DNA of 64,000 nucleotides from Candidatus Oxydemutatoraceae bacterium (GTDB lineage Bacteria; Pseudomonadota; Gammaproteobacteria; Poriferisulfidales; Oxydemutatoraceae): NCBI GenBank assembly GCA_965219575.1, contig OZ244779.1, positions 1,994,585 to 2,058,584 of the forward strand, read 5' to 3'. Shown piece by piece: positions 56,829 to 64,000 of this stretch (position 1 is its first letter; each line of letters starts with the position of its first letter). The notes under the pieces were generated by a model. It saw only the letters and a program-made list of their open reading frames with translations, ran no database searches and was not told where the DNA came from. The position numbers and the translations under genes were made by a program.

Positions 56829-59800
56829 GTGTCTAAATTATTAACCAAAGGGCTCTATCGCCCCGAATTTGAAAAAGACAGTTGCGGTTTCGGGCTAATC
56901 ACCCAAATGGACGGACAGGCAAGTCATTGGCTGGTCAAAACTGCGATACAGTCGCTGGGGCGTTTGACACATCGCGGTGCCGTATCGGCGGACGGGAAAA
57001 CCGGCGACGGTTGCGGGCTTTTGATGAAAATGCCGTTGGATTATATGCGGGCAAAAGCCGACGCAGCCGGTATCAACCTGGCCGAACATTTTGCCGTCGG
57101 CGTGGTCTTCCTATCAAAAGATAAAAAAATAGCAAAACAATGGCAGGAGATATTGAATCTACAACTCACCAAGCAAGGCTTTGAAATTGCCGGTTGGCGT
57201 ACGGTGCCTATCAACCCCGAGGCGTGCGGCGCAGAAGCACTTAAAACATTGCCGAACATAGCGCAGGTGTTTATCAACATAAAAGAGTCGATGAAGAACA
57301 CCGAGCAGGCATTGTTTGTTGCGCGCCGTAAAGCGGAGATTGCATTAACCGGCACCGCTTTTTACATTGCCAGTTTGTCTTCGCGAACACTGTCTTATAA
57401 AGGCTTAATCATGCCCGACAATCTGCCGATTTTTTATCCCGACCTCGCCGAAGAATCGTTGGAGTCGTCTTTGTGTGTTTTTCACCAGCGTTTCTCAACC
57501 AACACACACCCGCAATGGTATTTAGCCCAACCGTTTCGTTTTCTGGCACACAACGGCGAGATCAACACTATTTGCGGCAATCGTAATTGGGCTGCTGCAC
57601 GGGCGCATATATTAAAAAGCCCTCAACTACCCGATTTGACCGAATTGATGCCGTTGGTTTCTATGGAGGGATCGGACTCGTGTAGTTTAGATAATATGCT
57701 CGAAGTCCTGATGATGGGCGGTATGGATCTATGCAGTGCGATACGCCTGTTGATACCACCGGCGTGGCAGAATGTCAGCCGTATAGACCCCGACCTACGC
57801 GCCTATTACGGTTACAACTCCTTCCACATGGAACCTTGGGACGGGCCTGCCGGCATCGTCTTAACCGATGGTCGTTATGCAGCCTGTTCTATGGATAGAA
57901 ACGGTTTGCGACCGGCGCGCTATGTTATTACCAAAGATCGTTTTATCACACTGGCATCCGAGATAGGTGTCTACGACTATAGTGCCGACGAAGTGGAAAC
58001 CAAAGGCAGATTAAAGCCCGGGCAGATGATTGCGGTTGACACACAAACCGGAACCTTGATGTTGCCCGAAATGATCAACGAAGAATTAAAATCCAGGCAC
58101 CCTTATCGTCACTGGTTAAAAGAACACGCACATTATGTACCCACCCCCTCTAACGAAGCCTTGGGTGTCTACGAACCGCTATCGGACCAGCAATTACGTA
58201 GCTACCAGAAGATGTTCAATTTATCGTATGAGGAGAAAGAGCAAGTGCTCAAAGTATTGGCACAAGTCGGACAGGAAGCAGTCGGTTCTATGGGCGACGA
58301 TACCCCGCTACCGGTGTTGTCCTCTCAAGTGCGCTCGTTGTTCGATAGTTTCCGTCAACAGTTCGCACAGGTCACCAACCCACCTATAGACCCGTTGCGA
58401 GAACGTATCGTGATGGGACTGGAGACGGCATTGGGCTGCGAGATGAATCCTTTCGATAAATTGCCGGAGGTCGATCGCCTGTTGTTAAGATCACCGGTAC
58501 TATCCGAATACAAGTTTCGCACTATGCTGGAGCTTGAGAAATTTCCTCATCAAGTTTTTGACCTCGGTTATTCGAGCGAACACGACCTGCGCTCTGCAAT
58601 CATACAACTTTGCGACCGAGTGGTAGATGCTGCGCGCGAGAAAGACTTTCTATTGGTCGTACTATCCGACAGACAAATAGCCTCGGATCGTCTCACCATA
58701 CACGCCCTGCTCGCCTGCGGTGCGGTGCATCATCGCCTAATCAAAGAAGGATTGCGGTGTCAATGCAATATCGTCATAGAAACCGCAACTGCGCGCGACC
58801 CGCATCATTTTGCAACCCTAATCGGTTATGGCGCAAGTGCTATATTCCCCTATCTGAGTTATCAAAGTCTCGCCGGCATGTACCGCAAGCAGGAAATTGA
58901 CAATGCTAAACCGCTGGTGACTATTTGTTCCGCGTATCGGCAAGCTATCAACAAAGGTCTTTTGAAAATCATATCCAAGATGGGTATCTCCACGATTACA
59001 AGTTATAGAGGCGCACAATTATTCGAAATAGTCGGCTTGCACGACGAGGTTGTCTCGCTGTGCTTCAAAGGTACTACCAGCAGGCTACAAGGGCTGCATT
59101 TCTCGGATTTAGAGGACGATCAAAAGAAGTTGGCAAGGCTCGCTCAAAACCACTCCAAACCGTTACGACAAGGCGGATTATTAAAATATATACACGACGG
59201 GGAATACCATGCATTCAACCCCGATGTCGTGCAGAGCCTGCAAAAAGCCGTACAAGACTCCGATTACGACGCATACAAGCACTTCGCCGATCATGTCAAC
59301 CATCGCCAGCCGGCGGTATTCAGAGATTTGCTGAAGCTAAAACCCAAAGCCCCGGTGTCGCTGGACGAAGTGGAAGCGGAGGAATACATCGTCAGACGCT
59401 TTGACTCTGCCGGCATGTCGCTCGGTGCGCTCTCTCCCGAGGCGCACGAAACATTGGCGGAAGCGATGAACAGCTTGGGCGGGCGTTCAAACTCCGGAGA
59501 AGGCGGTGAAGATCCTAAAAGATTCGGTACCAATAAGTCGTCGAAAATCAAGCAGGTCGCATCGGGACGTTTCGGTGTGACCCCGCATTATCTTAGCGAC
59601 GCGGAAGTTATACAGATTAAGATTGCACAGGGTGCAAAACCCGGTGAGGGCGGTCAACTACCGGGAACCAAAGTCAACAAGATGATCGCGAAACTGCGAC
59701 ACTCCAGCGAAGGCATCGCACTGATTTCTCCGCCACCGCACCACGATATATACTCGATAGAAGACCTTGCGCAGTTAATCTTCGATTTGAAGCAAGTCAA

Positions 59801-61274
59801 TCCCAAAGTTTTGGTTTCGGTTAAGTTGGTTGCCGAAGCCGGTGTCGGCACGATCGCAGTCGGTGTCGCCAAAGCCTATGCCGACCTGATTACGATATCG
59901 GGCTACGACGGCGGCACCGGCGCAAGCCCGCTCACCAGCATCAAATACGCCGGCGCACCTTGGGAACTCGGTCTGCCCGAAACCCATTTATCGTTACGCA
60001 ACAACGACCTGCGCGACAAAGTAAGATTGCAAACCGACGGCGGCTTAAAAACCGGTTTAGATGTGGTCAAAGCGGCAATTCTAGGTGCCGAGAGCTTCGG
60101 CTTCGGTACTGCCCCGATGATTGCCATGGGTTGTAAATATCTGAGAATATGCCATCTCAACAACTGCGCAACCGGGGTTGCCACCCAAAACAAAGTGCTA
60201 CGGCTGAAACACTTCATCGGCAAAATGCAGATGGTTAGAAATTATTTTCTCTTCATTGCCAGAGAGACGCGTGAATGGATGGCGCACTTAGGCATTAGAA
60301 AATTTGAAGACTTGATCGGACAGCTCGATTTATTGGAACTTGTAGAGGAACTACCGCATCGGCAAAGCGGATTGGACTTGAGTGCTATTTTGTCCGACGG
60401 CGGTGTTGCCGCCGACAAACCGCAATTTTGCACCTACGAGCGTAACAAGCCGTTTGACCGCGGCATTCTCGCAGAACGCATGGTTGCGGATACGAAGGAT
60501 GCCATAAAAAATAAAACAGGTGGCGAATTTCACTACGAGATTCGCAATGTAGATCGTTCAATCGGTGCCCGAGTCTCCGGCGAGATTGCCAAGCGATACG
60601 GAAATTACGATATGTCGGATACGCCGTTGGATGTTTATTTCAAAGGCACCGCCGGGCAGAGCTTCGGAGTTTGGAATGCCGGTGGCTTGCATCTACACTT
60701 GGAAGGCGATGCCAACGATTATGTAGGCAAAGGCATGGCAGCGGGAGAAATTGCCATTTATCCGCCACCGCAAATAGCGGAACAATCGCAAAAGATGCCG
60801 ATTGTCGGAAACACCTGCCTTTACGGCGCAACCGGCGGAAAGTTTTTCGCTGCCGGCAAAGCGGGCGAGCGTTTTGCGGTTAGAAACTCGGGTGTGATCG
60901 CCGTCGTAGAAGGTTTGGGGGATCACGGATGCGAATATATGACCGGCGGCTTCGTTGTCGTATTGGGCAAAACCGGCCTCAACTTCGGTGCCGGAATGAC
61001 CGGCGGCCTAGCAATGGTTTTTGACCGACAAGACAACTTCAGCGATTTGTACAACCACGAAATGATCGATATCTATCGCATCGATACCGAAGAGATGGAC
61101 CAACAACGAGATTATTTATATACCCTATTGACCGAGCACCAACGAAAGACAGGTAGCCTGTTTGCACAATCGCTAGTTGACGATTTCTCCACCTATCTGC
61201 CTAAATTCTGGTTGGTCAAACCCAAAGCGGCAGAGCTCGATATGCTAATGGCAAGTCTACTGAAAGCTGCTTAA
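56829..61274 (+). CDS. gltB: Glutamate synthase large subunit
   Basis: CGFGLITQMDGQASHWLV (Ntn amidotransferase Cys1), an FMN/Fe-S synthase domain, and the C-terminal GXGXG beta-helix region. No gltD-like gene follows. Confidence 0.9.
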   Translation: MSKLLTKGLYRPEFEKDSCGFGLITQMDGQASHWLVKTAIQSLGRLTHRGAVSADGKTGDGCGLLMKMPLDYMRAKADAAGINLAEHFAVGVVFLSKDKKIAKQWQEILNLQLTKQGFEIAGWRTVPINPEACGAEALKTLPNIAQVFINIKESMKNTEQALFVARRKAEIALTGTAFYIASLSSRTLSYKGLIMPDNLPIFYPDLAEESLESSLCVFHQRFSTNTHPQWYLAQPFRFLAHNGEINTICGNRNWAAARAHILKSPQLPDLTELMPLVSMEGSDSCSLDNMLEVLMMGGMDLCSAIRLLIPPAWQNVSRIDPDLRAYYGYNSFHMEPWDGPAGIVLTDGRYAACSMDRNGLRPARYVITKDRFITLASEIGVYDYSADEVETKGRLKPGQMIAVDTQTGTLMLPEMINEELKSRHPYRHWLKEHAHYVPTPSNEALGVYEPLSDQQLRSYQKMFNLSYEEKEQVLKVLAQVGQEAVGSMGDDTPLPVLSSQVRSLFDSFRQQFAQVTNPPIDPLRERIVMGLETALGCEMNPFDKLPEVDRLLLRSPVLSEYKFRTMLELEKFPHQVFDLGYSSEHDLRSAIIQLCDRVVDAAREKDFLLVVLSDRQIASDRLTIHALLACGAVHHRLIKEGLRCQCNIVIETATARDPHHFATLIGYGASAIFPYLSYQSLAGMYRKQEIDNAKPLVTICSAYRQAINKGLLKIISKMGISTITSYRGAQLFEIVGLHDEVVSLCFKGTTSRLQGLHFSDLEDDQKKLARLAQNHSKPLRQGGLLKYIHDGEYHAFNPDVVQSLQKAVQDSDYDAYKHFADHVNHRQPAVFRDLLKLKPKAPVSLDEVEAEEYIVRRFDSAGMSLGALSPEAHETLAEAMNSLGGRSNSGEGGEDPKRFGTNKSSKIKQVASGRFGVTPHYLSDAEVIQIKIAQGAKPGEGGQLPGTKVNKMIAKLRHSSEGIALISPPPHHDIYSIEDLAQLIFDLKQVNPKVLVSVKLVAEAGVGTIAVGVAKAYADLITISGYDGGTGASPLTSIKYAGAPWELGLPETHLSLRNNDLRDKVRLQTDGGLKTGLDVVKAAILGAESFGFGTAPMIAMGCKYLRICHLNNCATGVATQNKVLRLKHFIGKMQMVRNYFLFIARETREWMAHLGIRKFEDLIGQLDLLELVEELPHRQSGLDLSAILSDGGVAADKPQFCTYERNKPFDRGILAERMVADTKDAIKNKTGGEFHYEIRNVDRSIGARVSGEIAKRYGNYDMSDTPLDVYFKGTAGQSFGVWNAGGLHLHLEGDANDYVGKGMAAGEIAIYPPPQIAEQSQKMPIVGNTCLYGATGGKFFAAGKAGERFAVRNSGVIAVVEGLGDHGCEYMTGGFVVVLGKTGLNFGAGMTGGLAMVFDRQDNFSDLYNHEMIDIYRIDTEEMDQQRDYLYTLLTEHQRKTGSLFAQSLVDDFSTYLPKFWLVKPKAAELDMLMASLLKAA

Positions 61275-61304
61275 ATACTTGCTTTTACTTAAGCGTCGGG
61301 CGAG

Positions 61305-63062
61305 ATGAGTATCCCTTCCACCTTCATAGACGAATTGCTTACGCGCACCGACATCGTTGCGTTAATCAATCGCTATATACCGACACCGCTGAAAAAATCG
61401 GGACGCTCTTATATGGCGTGCTGTCCTTTTCACGATGAAAAAACCCCGTCTTTTTCGGTTAGCCGCGACAAAGGTCTCTACTATTGCTTCGGCTGTCATG
61501 CCTCGGGCGGTGCTATAAAGTTTTTAATGGAACACCAGCGTATGACTTTCCAAGAGGCGGTCGAAGAGCTGGCGCGTCATGCAGGTATGGAAGTGCCTCG
61601 TCTAAATACCCGTGTATCAACCGAAGACCAAAAACGCTTTGAAAGGATGCACACGATAATGAATAAAGTATCCGAGTTTTACAGAACACAACTGAAACAA
61701 AACGCACAAGCGAGCGATTATCTGCGAGGGCGAGGCATTACATCGGAAACCGCTACCGATTTTGCAATCGGATACGCACCCGACAAACCTTATTTGAAAC
61801 AATGCCTAGGTTCCGCCTACGACGAGAAAACGCTGCTTACCGTCGGTTTGCTCGCTCAAAGTGGCAACCGGTCGTACGAAAAGTTTAGAGACCGCTTGAT
61901 GTTCCCGATACGCGACCGACGCAGCAACGTGATTGCATTCGGCGGTCGCCTGTTGGAAAACAAAAAGCAAAAACAAGATAGACTGCCCAAGTATATGAAT
62001 TCTCCGGAAACACCTCTATTCAAGAAAAGGAATACTTTGTACGGCTTGCACGAACTAAAAAAAGTGCGCGATCTACGCTGCTTATTATTCGTAGAGGGCT
62101 ATATGGATGCGGTCTCCCTATCCCAGCACGGCGTACGCAACGTAGTAGCAACTTTAGGCACCGCAACGACTCAAACCCACATCCGCATCGCACTACGCTT
62201 CAGCTCCAATCTGATATTCTGTTTTGACGGCGACAACGCCGGACAACGCGCAGCGATTGAAGCGGCAAAACAGGCACTCTCGGTATTCACCGACGGCTGT
62301 AGCATTAACTTTATGTTCTTACCCTCCGGCGAAGACCCCGACAGCTATATCAAACAACACGGCTACGAGGTATTCAATAAACAACTTGCGCAAGCGACAC
62401 CGCTGGCGGACTTCTTGTTCACACATCACTCCGAAGGACTGGACTTGAACAATCCTGCCCACGCAACCCGTTATGCCAAATTGCTTAGACCTTTGATAAT
62501 GCAGCTACCCCAAGGCATGTTCAGAGAATTAATGTTCAAACGGCTGGCGGAACAAATCAACATAGACGCAGATAAGTTAAAGACCGACTACGGGAATGCA
62601 AAAACTTATACTAAAACCCAAAGAAAAGATGAGCCGAAAAAAAAGATTTTGTATTCGACGGTTACGGTTGCACTGCGCGCATTATTGGCAAAACCCTCGC
62701 TGGCGGATCAAACGCTTGCCGCCGATAAAATACGCAGACTGCAAAAACCCGGCGCAGAACTACTTGCCGATGTGATTGACTGCATAAAACATAAAAAACT
62801 ATCCAACGCTGCCAGCATCGTTGAGTCGTTTAGGGAAAGCACTCACCAAGAGAGCCTTTCTCGTCTACTGACGACATCGACCGCACCCGAAGCGGATATG
62901 GAAATAGAGTTCAAGGACGCAATGCGCCAGTTGGAAATAGAAATAACCGAGCAAAAAATTGAACAGCTGCAAAAAGCATTATCAACCGACGAATCCGGGC
63001 AAATAAAAATACACGATTTACTCAAGCACCTGCATAAACTTAAAAGCCAGCCGTCGCCGTAG
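61305..63062 (+). CDS. dnaG: DNA primase
   Basis: CCPFHDEKTPSFSVSRDKGLYYCFGCHASG (zinc ribbon), TOPRIM EGYMDAV...DGDNAGQRAA. Confidence 0.9.
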   Translation: MSIPSTFIDELLTRTDIVALINRYIPTPLKKSGRSYMACCPFHDEKTPSFSVSRDKGLYYCFGCHASGGAIKFLMEHQRMTFQEAVEELARHAGMEVPRLNTRVSTEDQKRFERMHTIMNKVSEFYRTQLKQNAQASDYLRGRGITSETATDFAIGYAPDKPYLKQCLGSAYDEKTLLTVGLLAQSGNRSYEKFRDRLMFPIRDRRSNVIAFGGRLLENKKQKQDRLPKYMNSPETPLFKKRNTLYGLHELKKVRDLRCLLFVEGYMDAVSLSQHGVRNVVATLGTATTQTHIRIALRFSSNLIFCFDGDNAGQRAAIEAAKQALSVFTDGCSINFMFLPSGEDPDSYIKQHGYEVFNKQLAQATPLADFLFTHHSEGLDLNNPAHATRYAKLLRPLIMQLPQGMFRELMFKRLAEQINIDADKLKTDYGNAKTYTKTQRKDEPKKKILYSTVTVALRALLAKPSLADQTLAADKIRRLQKPGAELLADVIDCIKHKKLSNAASIVESFRESTHQESLSRLLTTSTAPEADMEIEFKDAMRQLEIEITEQKIEQLQKALSTDESGQIKIHDLLKHLHKLKSQPSP

Positions 63063-63950
63063 CGGCAACCATTCCCCTCCTGTGGAGGGGCAGGCTTTAC
63101 CTGACGGGGTGGTTGTAATCGTGGGGCTGTTGAAAAAGTATCCACAAACCGTAGGGGCGGACTTGTATGTCCGCCCGTGACGCGTTGGTCGGCACGATTT
63201 ATACATTCATTCACCCGATTTATGGAAACCAAAACCATGCGGCGCAAGCGGTTGCAGTTGTGCAAAAACAGTACTTTTTCAACAACCCCCAAGGTTCCGC
63301 GCAAGCTAATTCCCCTCCTTTGGAGGGGTGGCCTATGCATTTTGCAATGCATGCGTTTAGCAGTCATGTCGAGGTTCTGAACGAAGTCACGCCGATTGAC
63401 CTACTGGTTCAATCGGCGGTTCTATTCAGCCTGACGGGGTGGTTGCCAAGGGGGGCTGTTGAAAAAGTATCCACGAACCGTAGGGGCGGACTAACATGTC
63501 CGCCCGTAACGCGTTGGCCGGCACGATTTATACATTCATCCATTCAATTTATGGAAACCAAAACCATACGGCGCAAGCGGTTGGTGTCGTGCAGAACGGT
63601 ACTTAAGGGCAGACACACAGGTCTGCCCCTACGGCTTGGTGGTTATTATAAATTCACGACGCAAGCGGTTACGGTTGCACGCCGGCGATACTTTTTCAAC
63701 AGCCCGCAAGGTTCTGCACTAGTTAATTCCCCTCCTTTGGAGGGGTGGCCTATGCATTTTGCAATGCATGCGTTTAGCAGTCATGTCGAGGTTCTGAACG
63801 AAGTCACGCCGATTGACCTACTGGTTCAATCGGCGGTTCTATTCAGCCTGACGGGGTGGTTATCAAATATGGAGACCATCATCGGGTGGTGCAAGCAGTT
63901 ACAACTGTTCAAAAACAGCACTTTTTCAACAACCCCATATGTCGATTACA
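63063..63950. repeat. Long mosaic palindromic-unit array including a 140-bp segment duplicated at 63300-63440 and 63720-63860
   Basis: At least 3 GGGCGGAC/GGGCAGAC hairpins, CCCCTCC..GGAGGGG x3, GCCGATTGACC..CAATCGGC x2. Confidence 0.85.
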
Positions 63951-64000
63951 ATTTCTCAGTTATAATTGCTATAGTAACAAGCCTTATAAATATAGGAGTA

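Noticed and set aside
63063-63950. Possible CRISPR array in the long repeat arrays (also 42877-43520, 46064-46550)
   Set aside because: Repeats are heterogeneous modules of different lengths, in both orientations, with irregular spacing and long shared segments. There is no constant repeat/spacer periodicity and no cas genes.

Overview
The window reads as a gammaproteobacterial chromosome segment. Several gene neighbourhoods match E. coli order: prfB-lysS, tsaB(yeaZ)-yoaA, ftsB-ispD-ispF, yrbG-kdsD. The tRNA-Arg(ACG) is close to the E. coli sequence as recalled, and prfB carries the same programmed +1 frameshift heptamer as E. coli. Housekeeping genes present: glnS, lysS, prfB, tsaB, a yoaA-like helicase, ispF, ispD, ftsB, riboflavin synthase, msrA, kdsD, yrbG, tldD, pmbA, gltB, dnaG. 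This backbone is heavily interleaved with accessory material. (1) Nearly every intergenic gap holds mosaic arrays of short palindromic REP/BIME-like modules: GGGCGGAC-N6-GTCCGCCC, CCCCTCC-N3-GGAGGGG, GCCGATTGA..TCAATCGGC, a GCTACTGCA-loop hairpin with covarying stems, and the GGGGCTGTTGAAAAAGT junction motif. These arrays generate many spurious ORFs. (2) A 17 kb block (1-17530) holds large secreted or effector-like repeat proteins. Two are GLUG-motif proteins, one with a 1416-bp internal duplication. Two are tandem-duplicated signal-peptide paralogs ending in ...KVFLEGPLQ. One has 41-aa tandem repeats each carrying four tyrosine motifs identical to classical eukaryotic SH2 docking sites (YEEI/V, YVEM, YEQM, YVNT). 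One is proline-rich with PxxPxR (SH3-ligand-like) and EYENV motifs and shares an N-terminal module with the tyrosine-motif protein. (3) A GtrA/GtrB/membrane-glycosyltransferase cluster. (4) A TtpC-ExbB-ExbD-TonB (TonB2-type) system next to tRNA-Arg. (5) A P19 / FMN-binding / PepSY extracytosolic cluster. (6) An uncharacterised MotA/TolQ-like operon in which a MotA/TolQ-like protein, a TolR-like protein and a large double-TM acidic protein lie upstream of a Gly-Met repeat peptide that is translationally coupled to a tandem FGE/SUMF1-domain protein. (7) An IS1595-family insertion with 8-bp TSD splitting a TPR gene, an intact IS3-family element with 4-bp TSD, a solo IS3-end remnant, and an Rpn-family nuclease. 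(8) A DUF4143 AAA ATPase preceded by three tandem 18-bp palindromes. Gene content and repeat load are compatible with a Beggiatoaceae-like large sulfur bacterium, but this is an inference only. All functional calls are by motif recognition from the translations; no database search was run.
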